DNA of 24,201 nucleotides from an uncultured delta proteobacterium (GTDB lineage Bacteria > Desulfobacterota > Binatia > UBA9968). A model generated the notes under the pieces. The model saw only the letters and a list, made by a program, of their open reading frames with translations. It had not been told where the DNA came from and did no database searches. Position numbers and translations under genes: made by a program. The stretch is taken from assembly GCA_963840855.1 (NCBI GenBank), contig CAWJBB010000052.1, forward strand, positions 1-24,201, given 5' to 3'. Below, piece by piece: positions 9,661 through 17,942 of this stretch; the first letter of the stretch is position 1, and every line of letters starts with the position of its first letter.

Positions 9661-9736
9661 TGGCGCACCCGACAATATTCGAGCTTGTGATCTCCGCCTT
9701 CGGAGAGCAGCATCACTCCAGCTGAGCTCTGTGCGC
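9661..9736 (-). pseudogene. Degenerate tRNA-Arg(CCG) pseudogene
   Basis: Reverse complement GCGCACAGAGCTCAGCTGGAGTGATGCTGCTCTCCGAAGGCGGAGATCACAAGCTCGAATATTGTCGGGTGCGCCA (76 nt). It keeps the AGCTCAGCTGG D-arm, the CTGCT-CTCCGAA-GGCGG anticodon arm (CCG) and a CCA end. The acceptor stem is mismatched and the T loop is CTCGAAT. Confidence 0.75.
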
Positions 9737-10015
9737 GGGCTCGGACCACGCTAAATTGCCGTAGCTTCGGTAATGTCCTCCTCTTGAAAGCGTGTTTTCT
9801 ACTCGTAGAGGCTCATTTTAATCGCAAATTAGAACCTGGGTGTGATGGATGCCACGGGGAGAGGTGTGCCGCAGGAGTTTGTGCGTGCGTATATCTGGTT
9901 TAACCTCGCCGCAACAGAAAATGAAATCTCAATCCTCTTGTCGATTTCAGCGATGACGATTCGACTAACAAGTGAGGCCATTTAATAAAAAGCAGATGTG
10001 CAAATAGGAGGCCGC

Positions 10016-10315
10016 ATGGTTGTCGTCGTTTTTCGCGCTCGGCTCAAGCCAGGAATCGAAAAGGAGATGGAGGAGACCGATGCCCGGTTGGTCGAATTGG
10101 CTGCCGCGATGCCGGGATTCGTCTCGTATCACCAATACGTGGCCGCCGATGGCGAGGGCCTCGCCGTGGTGGAGTTCGAGTCGCACGAAACGGCTGCTGC
10201 GTGGCGCGCGCACCCCGAGCATCGCGAAGCGCAGCGGCTCGGCAGAGAGCGGTGGTTCGCCGAATACCGGATTACCGTCTGCGACGTAGCCCGAGATTAC
10301 TCGTTCAAGGCTTGA
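10016..10315 (+). CDS. Antibiotic biosynthesis monooxygenase (ABM)-family protein
   Basis: MVVVVFRAR...AAMPGFVS...AWRAHPEHREAQRLGRERWFAEYRITVC; AGGAGG RBS before ATG 10016 (99 aa). Confidence 0.85.
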   Translation: MVVVVFRARLKPGIEKEMEETDARLVELAAAMPGFVSYHQYVAADGEGLAVVEFESHETAAAWRAHPEHREAQRLGRERWFAEYRITVCDVARDYSFKA

Positions 10316-10329
10316 CTCGATCAATCGCG

Positions 10330-10403
10330 AGGAAGAGGAAGACTTGCACGAAATTTTCGACGCGGTTTACGAAGGCACCCGCGCACAGCACCCAGACGTC
10401 GGG
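10330..10403 (-). pseudogene. Possible N-terminal remnant of an MFS transporter
   Basis: PDVWVLCAGAFVNRVENFVQVFLFL resembles the first TM of MdtH-like MFS proteins (Pr.vw.l..g.fvNr.G.fv.pFL.lY). No start codon or continuation. Confidence 0.4.
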
Positions 10404-10564
10404 CGACGGGGCTCCGCAGAGGTCAGGACGTCCCTGGAAGCGTCATTGTCGATCGGTCTCTAACGATCTGCCCTGGTGGCATTGATCAAAACGAACCGCT
10501 AGGGTCAGACAGAGCCAAGCGCAAGGTTGAAAAAATGAATAAAAAAACCTACTGCTAGCCTTCG

Positions 10565-11932
10565 ATGGCCACCGGACAGACAGAGCTCGTCAACATTGGG
10601 CCGAAGGAAACCCGCAAGCGCCTGCTCATGGGCATCGTCATGGTCGTCGTAGGCGTTGTCCTGGCGGTCATCTTCTCGCATGCAGGCGTAACCCGCGGCT
10701 GGTATTTTTGGCTATTTCTGCCGTTCTGGATAGGGACTTTCGCCTTGTCCCAGGCTCGCAAAAAGACCTGAGTATTTCTCGCCGCGCGCGGCGCGCGCCA
10801 CATGAACGGCACCGAAGAACCGCTCGAAGATGAAGGCGCCGCGAAACGAGTCCGATCCCAGGCGCGTTCGATCTATGTTGAGTCGGCGATTGCCGCGCTG
10901 ATTCTAACCGCGCTTAGCTTCCTTTTTGCGAGCGTACTGCCCGAGGTAGCGCGATCCTATCAGGGCTTGCGCCTGAAAGAAGCGGTCGAATTCCTGATTA
11001 AGCACGGCTACAGTCTGCTCTTCGGATGGGTGCTGGTGGAACAGATGGGGTTGCCAATTCCGGCTATTCCTCTGTTGATCGCGGCCGGCGCGCTGGCCGG
11101 CTCAGGCAAAATGGATTTGGCGCTGGCGGTGAGCTTGGCACTCGTTGCTGTTATTTTGGCTGACCTGTTCTGGTACTCTCTAGGGCGCTACCGTGGCGGC
11201 CGCATCCTGAAACTACTTTGCCGCATTTCTCTCGAACCCGATTCGTGTGTTCGGCGAACGGAGAATCTTTTTGTCCGGCATGGCGCTCATTCTTTGCTGG
11301 TTGCGAAATTTGTACCCGGCCTGAACACCGCGGCGCCGGCGCTGGCGGGAATTTTTCGCATGCCCGTGCGGCGTTTCATGATTTTCGATTCCCTGGGTGG
11401 ATTCCTCTGGGTCGCCGCCTTCGCGGGCTTGGGCTTCATATTTAGCGATCAACTCGAGCAGATTGCGAGCCATGCATTGCGTTGGGGCGGTTGGCTGGTC
11501 GCAGTCCTGGCCGGAAGTTTGGCGGCTTATATTTTGTGGAAGTACATACAGCGCCGGCGCTTCCTCCGTAGGTTGCGCATCGCGCGCATCAGCCCGAAAG
11601 AATTAATGGACAAACTGACCGCCGGGGAACAGATTTCGATCGTGGACTTGCGTCAGCCGATTGATATTGAGGCGTTTCCCCGGATGCTGCCGGGGGCGCT
11701 TCGCATAGCTATGGAGGAGATCGAAGATCGCCACAGAGAGATCCCGCGGGATCGCGACGTCGTTCTCTACTGCTCGTGACCCAACGAAGCGACCAGCGCC
11801 CGGGTGGCGCTGCTACTGAGGGCGAAAGGAATTACTAGGGTCCGCCCGCTCGAAGGCGGAATAGACGCTTGGCTGGCGAACCATTTCCCATTCGATGCCG
11901 GAGACGTCGTCAACAAACCCATTGTCCTCTGA
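10565..11932 (+). CDS. Probable selenoprotein with two UGA-Sec codons (residues 69 and 405): small membrane domain + DedA (SNARE-associated) + rhodanese, 455 aa
   Basis: ORFs 10565-10771 and 10802-11779 share a frame, bridged by TGA-VFLAARGARH. After TGA 11777-11779 the frame continues PNEATSARVALLLRAKGITRVRPLEGGIDAW..., completing the rhodanese fold up to TGA 11930-11932. DedA motifs: EQMGLPIP, LLIAAGAL, VAKFVPGL. Both TGAs are followed by hairpins. Confidence 0.85.
10772..10800 (+). promoter_or_regulatory. Candidate bacterial SECIS element 1
   Basis: GCGCGC-GGC-GCGCGC stem-loop (10784-10798), with a G-containing apical loop about 19 nt after TGA 10769-10771. Confidence 0.6.
11780..11822 (+). 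promoter_or_regulatory. Candidate bacterial SECIS element 2
   Basis: Perfect 7-bp stem CAGCGCC-(CGGGT)-GGCGCTG (11794-11812), with a G-rich loop about 22 nt after TGA 11777-11779. Confidence 0.7.
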
Positions 11933-12008
11933 GAAAAAGCTTTGGAGCGTGCCGCGGCGTCTTTATTCTTGCGAATCATCGGCAGTGGGGCCATAGTCTC
12001 GGCAAACA

Positions 12009-13181
12009 GTGAAGCAAAAACAAACAAACGTGGCGCTTCCAGTTATTCGTCGCTTTGCGAGAATGTTTTGTTCGACGCTGCTCCTACTGACAGCGGCTTC
12101 TCATACAGCGATTTCGGCCGGCTGGCAAGAAGAATGGCAGGCGACCGTCCAGGCGGCCAAACGCGAAGGCCAGGTTACCGTCTATATCAGCGGTTACGGC
12201 GCAACGCTCGATGCCGGTCACTTCCAAAAGGACTTTCCTGAGATCAAGCTGGTCACGGTCAGCGGGCAATCCGGCCAGCTGGGCCCGCGTATTTTAGCCG
12301 AGCGGAGAGCGGAAAAATATCTCGCCGACGTCTCGAGCGCTGGCGCCAATCCCCACTACCAGCTTTTTTATGGCTCCAAGATCCTGGAGCCGATTTCCGC
12401 CGCGTTGATTCTTCCCGAGGTCACCGATCCATCGAAATGGTGGGGTGGAAAACACTGGTACATCGATCCCGAGGGGCAATACATCTTTGCCTATGTGGGC
12501 AACATGACCGGGACCGGCGCCTACGCAGTGAATGCTTTGAACCCTGCCGAGTTCAAATCCTACTGGGATTTTGTCAATCCAAAGTGGAAGGGGAAAATCG
12601 TTGCGCGCGACATCAGGATCGCAGGTCCGGGCGGCGACAACATGCGCTTCTTTTACCATCATCCGGCACTCGGCCCGAAGTTCATCCACCAGCTGTTTAG
12701 GGAAATGAATTTGACTTTGACGCGGGATTTCCGCCAGGGGATCGACTGGCTGGCGCAGGGAAAGTTTCCTCTGGCGCTTTTTTTCTCCACCTCGGATGTC
12801 AAAGCGGCCGCGCGCCAGGGACTGCCCGTCGACGTGCTCGACAACAGCCCGTTCAAAGAAGGCGTGCCCCTGGGAGTCGGTTTCGGAACGCTCGGCCTTC
12901 TGAAAAACGCGCCCCATCCCAACGCCGCCAAGGTTTTTATCAACTGGTATCTCTCCCGAAGGGCGCAGGCGGCGCTGCAGAAAGACATGACCAAAATCGC
13001 CGACGCGCCGGATTCTCTCAGGATCGATATCCCGAAGGACGACGTCGCTCCCGACAACCGCAGGGTGGAAGGGGTGAATTATATGACCATGTTTCGCCCT
13101 GAATGGACGGACATGAAGCCCGTTTACGCGGTGGTCAACGAAGCCTTGGCTGAAGCCGAAAAGAAAAAGAGCGGCAAATGA
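12009..13181 (+). CDS. ABC transporter extracellular solute-binding protein (Fe3+/thiamine-like SBP family)
   Basis: Signal peptide, AAKREGQVTVY, NPKWKGKI, APHPNAAKVFINWYLS. Start is uncertain (GTG 12009 or ATG 12063). Confidence 0.85.
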   Translation: MKQKQTNVALPVIRRFARMFCSTLLLLTAASHTAISAGWQEEWQATVQAAKREGQVTVYISGYGATLDAGHFQKDFPEIKLVTVSGQSGQLGPRILAERRAEKYLADVSSAGANPHYQLFYGSKILEPISAALILPEVTDPSKWWGGKHWYIDPEGQYIFAYVGNMTGTGAYAVNALNPAEFKSYWDFVNPKWKGKIVARDIRIAGPGGDNMRFFYHHPALGPKFIHQLFREMNLTLTRDFRQGIDWLAQGKFPLALFFSTSDVKAAARQGLPVDVLDNSPFKEGVPLGVGFGTLGLLKNAPHPNAAKVFINWYLSRRAQAALQKDMTKIADAPDSLRIDIPKDDVAPDNRRVEGVNYMTMFRPEWTDMKPVYAVVNEALAEAEKKKSGK

Positions 13182-13206
13182 GCTCACCATTAACCTGGAG
13201 GTTCGC

Positions 13207-13431
13207 ATGAAACAGAACATGTGTTCGCCCGTTATGATCGCGCTGCTATGGCTATCGGACTGTAGCGCAATGAATACTGCACGCGACGGCCTGCGCACCG
13301 TCGATCATCTGATGCCTCATATCTCCACGGTTCCCGCCAACAAGGGTGAGCAGTTAAAGATCTTTGTGCGCGAAAAGGTTCTCGCGGCCGAACTCATCGT
13401 CCTGGCCAGCCAGGGCAATCTACCGGCGTGA
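13207..13431 (+). pseudogene. Truncated secreted protein, probably the N-terminus of an alpha/beta hydrolase
   Basis: GGAGG RBS, signal-like N-terminus, then TVDHLMPHISTVPANKGEQLKIFVREKV, which I recall as the N-terminal segment of a hydrolase family. It stops after 74 aa. Confidence 0.45.
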
Positions 13432-13596
13432 ACGAGCTCGCCGGATTCAGCCACGGCAGTGAGCAAGCGCACCGCGAATTCTCGATCAACGGGGCGGCCG
13501 CCGGCATTACCGAAATCGCCAAGCTCGACGCCATTAACGGAAAACCAGTTTTATCTTTAGCGACCCGGATAGGAACTGGTGGGAGTTGAACGGCTA

Positions 13597-14679
13597 ATGG
13601 AAAACAAATACGGACTGCAAACCATCGTGTTGACCGTCTTTTTTCTGATGGTGATGTGGATCGTCTTGGTCCCTATGGCATTGGCCCAGACGCCATTTTA
13701 TGAAGGAAAGAATCTTCTTCTCGTGACCGGCACTGACGCGGGCGGTGCCGGCGATCTGCGCACGCGCGCAGTGATTCCGGTCTTGAAAAAACATATCCCC
13801 GGCCACCCTGCCATCGTTGTGCAGTACATGCCCGGCGCGGGCGGACGCAAGGCGGCCAATCACATGTACAAGTCGGTTCGGCCTGATGGTTTGACTGTCG
13901 GCGCCATGATCACCGGCATGGTGCAGGGCACGATTTTCGGCGAGAAAGACGTACTTTATGATCTCGACAAGTTCATTTATCTCGGCTCCCATGCCCGCTA
14001 TGCGCCCTATGCGTTTGTTACGCGCAAAGCCGCGGGCTTCAACAGCCGGGAAACTTTGATCGCGGCCCGCGGTGTGCGCATCGGCGCCCCAGCCGTCGGT
14101 CACAGCCTCTATACCATGGCCCGGCTGTTCGCCTACATGCTGGACATGAAAGAGCCGCGTTTGGTCACCGGCTATACGCCGCGGGAGATCGACATCGCTT
14201 TGGAACGGAACGAAATCGATGCCCGGGTGAGCATCCTGGACAGCTTGCTCACGCGCAATGCTCACTGGTTGGATAAAGATCTCGTGCATGTTCACGCCAC
14301 CATCGATATCCCCAAGGGATTCAAACACCCCGATACGAGGCTCGCCAAACTTCCCGAGATCGAGAGCTTCGCTCGCTCAAACCAAGACCGCCGTCTCATC
14401 CAGCTTTTTCGCGGCGCGCGCGACACCGGTCAGCCCTTTGTCTTGCCGCCGGGCACGCCGGCGGAGCACGTTAAAATATTGCGTGAAGCCATGCGCAGAG
14501 CCTTCGCCGATCCGGAGTACATCAAAGCCTACGAGAAACTCACTTCGGAGCCCGCCATGCCGCTAACCTGGGAGGAGTTTGAAACACAGCTCCGCGAGTT
14601 GCCGCGGGAAGCCGAGATCATCGATCTCTTCAAGCGGCTTTCTGGTCCGGCACCGCTGCCGGCTCGGCCGTCCCGGTAA
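13597..14679 (+). CDS. Bug/TctC-like tripartite tricarboxylate transporter substrate-binding protein
   Basis: Signal peptide-AQTPFYEGK, YMPGAGGRKAANHMY, PDGLT, LERNEIDAR, LPPGTPAEHVKILREA. Confidence 0.85.
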   Translation: MENKYGLQTIVLTVFFLMVMWIVLVPMALAQTPFYEGKNLLLVTGTDAGGAGDLRTRAVIPVLKKHIPGHPAIVVQYMPGAGGRKAANHMYKSVRPDGLTVGAMITGMVQGTIFGEKDVLYDLDKFIYLGSHARYAPYAFVTRKAAGFNSRETLIAARGVRIGAPAVGHSLYTMARLFAYMLDMKEPRLVTGYTPREIDIALERNEIDARVSILDSLLTRNAHWLDKDLVHVHATIDIPKGFKHPDTRLAKLPEIESFARSNQDRRLIQLFRGARDTGQPFVLPPGTPAEHVKILREAMRRAFADPEYIKAYEKLTSEPAMPLTWEEFETQLRELPREAEIIDLFKRLSGPAPLPARPSR

Positions 14680-14681
14680 GA

Positions 14682-14812
14682 GCGTTGCGAGAGCCTGGTG
14701 AAGCTTACAGGGGCCGATTTGATGTTAAAAATGAGGCTCTAAGACGAGAAAACACGCTTCCATGGGAGAGAATTACCGAAGTTGCGGCAACTTAGCGTGG
14801 TCCGACCCCGGG
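14682..14812 (+). mobile_element. 3' remnant of a putative REP-associated tyrosine (HUH/Y1) transposase element
   Basis: With one frameshift it reads ALREPGEAYRAD/DVKNEALRRENTLPWERITEVAAT*, then CGTGGTCCGACCCCGGG. Related tails occur at 20701-20846 and 21061-21156. The family assignment is from recall only. Confidence 0.45.
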
Positions 14813-14944
14813 ACAGTTCGAGTCGGCAAACCCGCTGTGCTTTGAGAGAAGGTATTTTTAACAGCCGCGGGTGCGCCAAAAATCTGCAACATCAAAATAC
14901 AAGACCTGACCGTATGACCTGACCTTATGCTTTGGAACGGAGTG

Positions 14945-16081
14945 CTAGACCTCGAAGCCGTAGAGCTTGGCGACATTGTCATGGCAGATCATCCGCTTGT
15001 CGGTCTCGGGACCGCCCGCGAAGTCACGGTCGATAAACTCGGCTGACTTCGGCCAAGTCGAAGCGGCGTGCGGATAGTCGGAGGACCACATGATTCGGTC
15101 GACGCCGATGTCGTTGCGATACCTCACCCCAAGCTCGTCGCGGATGTAGGTCACGTAGCACTGGCGTTGGAAGTATTCGGTCGGCTTCATGCTCAGCTTG
15201 GTGTCGTATCCACCGCGCCGGCTCGGGCCGACGCCGACCATCTTGTTGATACGGTCCAGCCACCACGGCGTCCAGGCAATGCCATACTCCGCGGAGATCA
15301 CGTTGAGCTTGGGGAACCGCTCGAGCACGCCTGAGGCGATGATAACTCCGAGCGAGCGCTGCACCTCCTGCGCGGCGATGACGGGGCGGAGCGGGCGGAG
15401 GTTGCGCTCGAACTCGTACTTCGGCCGGTCCATGCCGGTGGGCGGATGGAGGCTGACGGGCACTCCGAGCTCCTGGGCCTTAGCCCAAAACACGTCGTAC
15501 ATATCCAACCAGTAGGGCTGATTCTCGGGAGGCGTCACCCAGACCATGGCGCCGCTCAGACCCATCGTGACGCTGCGTTCCAGTTCCCGGGCGCCGAGCC
15601 TCGGATCGTAGAGCGAGATGAGAGCAATCCCCTTCAGTTGCTTGGGGGCGTAGGAGCAGTACTCCGCCAACCAATCGTTGTACACGCGGAAGCACTCGCG
15701 CTGCAGCTCCGGGTCCAGCAACCAGAACAGACGGAAGCCCAGCGTGGTGTAGAGCACCTCGGCAACGACGCCGTCGGCGGCCATGTCCTTCAGGCGTTCG
15801 GCCGGGTCCCAGCCCCCGGGCCGAGCATCGGCGTAGCCACCGGACTTGATGAAAGCGTGTTTCTCTTCGTCCGTTCGTATCTGACCGCCCGCTATGCCGA
15901 CTGCAAGGTCATGTGGCTTATAGCCCTCGTAGACCCACCAGGCCCCCGGCTGGCCGGCATTGTCGAACTCTACGTGCGGGGCGCGGTCGCGAAACTTCTT
16001 GTCTAACCGCGTGGTCCAAAGGTCGAGTGGCTCACTCATGTGGCCATCAGCAGAGATGAACCAGGGTGTTTGGCTGGTCAT
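14945..16081 (-). CDS. Amidohydrolase family protein (amidohydrolase_2)
   Basis: ISADGHMSEP, GGWDPAERLKDM, YNDWLAEYC, SGVLERFPKL, MWSSDYPH. Likely start ATG 16081 (378 aa). Confidence 0.9.
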   Translation of the reverse strand: MTSQTPWFISADGHMSEPLDLWTTRLDKKFRDRAPHVEFDNAGQPGAWWVYEGYKPHDLAVGIAGGQIRTDEEKHAFIKSGGYADARPGGWDPAERLKDMAADGVVAEVLYTTLGFRLFWLLDPELQRECFRVYNDWLAEYCSYAPKQLKGIALISLYDPRLGARELERSVTMGLSGAMVWVTPPENQPYWLDMYDVFWAKAQELGVPVSLHPPTGMDRPKYEFERNLRPLRPVIAAQEVQRSLGVIIASGVLERFPKLNVISAEYGIAWTPWWLDRINKMVGVGPSRRGGYDTKLSMKPTEYFQRQCYVTYIRDELGVRYRNDIGVDRIMWSSDYPHAASTWPKSAEFIDRDFAGGPETDKRMICHDNVAKLYGFEV

Positions 16082-16360
16082 GTGTCCGTCCCGGGTATCT
16101 GTTAGGCCAATCTTAGCCCATCCACCATGCGTCGCGTATGCATTGCAACGAGGGTATGGCCGGACACGAGCATGGCGCACAGCAGGCGTTACAAAGTGCC
16201 GTTGGCTCGCGTGCGTTACGGTTCTTGCCCATGAGAGCGGCTGGAGAGGCCGCTCGCATCAAACTAGGTCCGGCAAAGGAGGCGCCCATGACTGGAAATC
16301 TTGGGCACCTGTCATCGTCAGCGACCGCGCCCGCTCTTGTCGGAGTTCTACAGACTGCAC

Positions 16361-16447
16361 GTGTAGGAATTTTTAACCAACTTTTCTGTGGCCCGAGCTA
16401 TATCGCCGCACCGCGAGAGTTGTCAATCATTTTTTGCTTGATGAAAA
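16361..16447 (-). promoter_or_regulatory. Duplicated promoter module, copy 1 (TTGACA-18-TATAGC)
   Basis: Similar to 17855-17942. -35 at 16426-16421 and -10-like at 16402-16397, pointing at the amidohydrolase gene. Confidence 0.6.
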
Positions 16448-16663
16448 ACCCAGTTTGACCGAGTGCCTCCGCCGGAGAGCCGTCAGAAGGCGCAAAATTT
16501 TCGATCTAAAAATTTCGCTTCAAACAATAGACGAATTCGCCTCGTCGGGCTCTGATAAGTGAAAAACTCTGCCGTCGGACGGGATTGTCGACGCTGCGAT
16601 TTAATTTCGCAGGAATGAGTTGTAGGAGAACTCAATACAAGCCTACGCCTAAAAAACCTAGAA

Positions 16664-16789
16664 TTAGGTGTGCGCCAGACGGATCTCCAAAATAGTCTTA
16701 TCCGGGAGTGATTGCCCCACGTCGACACCGTGAATTTCGGCGCCGGTATGGGCCGATAGAGGACGGATATCGATCATCGTGTTTCTCAT
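16664..16789 (-). pseudogene. N-terminal remnant of a TauD/TfdA family dioxygenase
   Basis: MRNTMIDIRPLSAHTGAEIHGVDVGQSLPDKTILEIRLAHT* matches the TauD N-terminus (i.pL...iGAEi.GvDl...L...i..A). Only 41 aa. Confidence 0.7.
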
Positions 16790-16818
16790 TGCGGCCGGAC
16801 CTGCAAAGGGGTCGCCAC

Positions 16819-17682
16819 CTAACGCTTGCGCTTTCGCTGCCGGCGAATGAAATCAAGAACGATATTGTTGAAGAGCTTTGGATGCTCCCAATAAATCGAA
16901 TGGCCGCATTCGGCGACGGTAACGAGTTCGCTCCGGCGGATGCACTTCGCCACCATCCGCATGATCGAAGGCGGCGTTGAAGAATCCGCATCGCCGGTAA
17001 CCAGCAGCGTTGGGACTTTGATCTTGGTCAGGGTTTGCGCCGTAATAAGGAAGTTGTTCGCTTGGTGGCGGCCCTGGCGCTTGGTGGCGTGGTCGGCCAG
17101 CTTGTCCCAGGCTTTAAGGCCTCTCGGGTTGGCCGCAATATACGAGCAACTGAATTCCCGATACCAGCGCGGCATCTGGTTCCATTGTTTAGGCCGGATC
17201 GACTGGGCGCTTTTCCAAATATTACCCTTGCGGATACCGGCATAGTTACTGGTGATCGCCAAGCTTAGAATCCTTTTGGGATAGGAAAGCGCAAAATCCG
17301 CAGCAATGCTACCGCCAGCGGCGGTGCTGACGATATGGGCCTTTTCGATGGCCAACGCGTCGAGCAGGCCGTTGAGGTCATCGGCGGCCGAGTGCTTGTC
17401 GCCTTTGCGCAAGTTGTCGGACTTGTAGTAGCCGCGCCGGGCATAACTGATCACCCGATAGCCGGCCTTGGCAAAGACCGGTTGCTGGTAAGCCCAAACC
17501 TTGGGATCACCGGTCGCGGCCGGATGTAGAAAGACCACAGCCTCGCCCTCGCCGCCGGTGTCGGCGTAGAAAATTTTCCTGCCCGGCAGCCTGGCCAGGG
17601 CACGTTTGGCCGGCACCTGCTTGGGCAGGGGTATGGGATTCATTGGATTGGCGGCATTATTGCGGACAAAGCGTTCGCTCAT
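16819..17682 (-). CDS. Alpha/beta hydrolase fold protein with a non-canonical nucleophile elbow
   Basis: VVFLHPAATG, GYRVISYARRGY, HIVSTAAGG, KVPTLLVTGDAD, CGHSIYWEHP. Start ATG 17682 with a GGAG RBS (287 aa). Confidence 0.85.
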   Translation of the reverse strand: MSERFVRNNAANPMNPIPLPKQVPAKRALARLPGRKIFYADTGGEGEAVVFLHPAATGDPKVWAYQQPVFAKAGYRVISYARRGYYKSDNLRKGDKHSAADDLNGLLDALAIEKAHIVSTAAGGSIAADFALSYPKRILSLAITSNYAGIRKGNIWKSAQSIRPKQWNQMPRWYREFSCSYIAANPRGLKAWDKLADHATKRQGRHQANNFLITAQTLTKIKVPTLLVTGDADSSTPPSIMRMVAKCIRRSELVTVAECGHSIYWEHPKLFNNIVLDFIRRQRKRKR

Positions 17683-17854
17683 CGGATACTCCCGAGTTTC
17701 ATTGCGAGATTCATGTTCTGTGGTAGGGGTGCGGGCGGCGACCAGCCGATTCGGCAACTATGGCGATACCGCGTTTCGAGTCCGGAATCGACTTGGTTTA
17801 CAGAGCCATCAACTACACTTGCGGTTGCGTAACATAGCGCCAAAATCACATTAT

Positions 17855-17942
17855 GTATAGGAAATTTAAACCACCTTTTTTTCTGGCCCGAGCAATATCG
17901 CCGGACCGGGGAGTTGTCAATTTTCTTTCTGTTTGATGAAAA
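17855..17942 (-). promoter_or_regulatory. Duplicated promoter module, copy 2 (TTGACA-17-TATTGC)
   Basis: Similar to 16361-16447. -35 at 17920-17915 and -10-like at 17897-17892, pointing at the hydrolase gene. Confidence 0.6.

Noticed and set aside
10535-10564. Upstream in-frame ATG (MNKKTYC-TAG) extending the selenoprotein by amber readthrough
   Set aside because: Short AT-rich stretch, with no evidence for Pyl machinery or homology.
10769-11779. Genome-wide UGA reassignment (Trp/Gly) as the explanation for the in-frame TGAs
   Set aside because: Other genes end normally at TGA (tctB 5923, ABM 10315, SBP 13181, amidohydrolase 20585), and Trp is encoded by TGG throughout.
14868-16680. Short matches to the pseudo-tRNA 3' end (CGGGTGCGCCA at 14868-14878, GTGCGCCAGAC at 16670-16680) as att sites
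   Set aside because: Only 11 bp, inverted relative to the tRNA, and no integrase is present, so compatible with chance.
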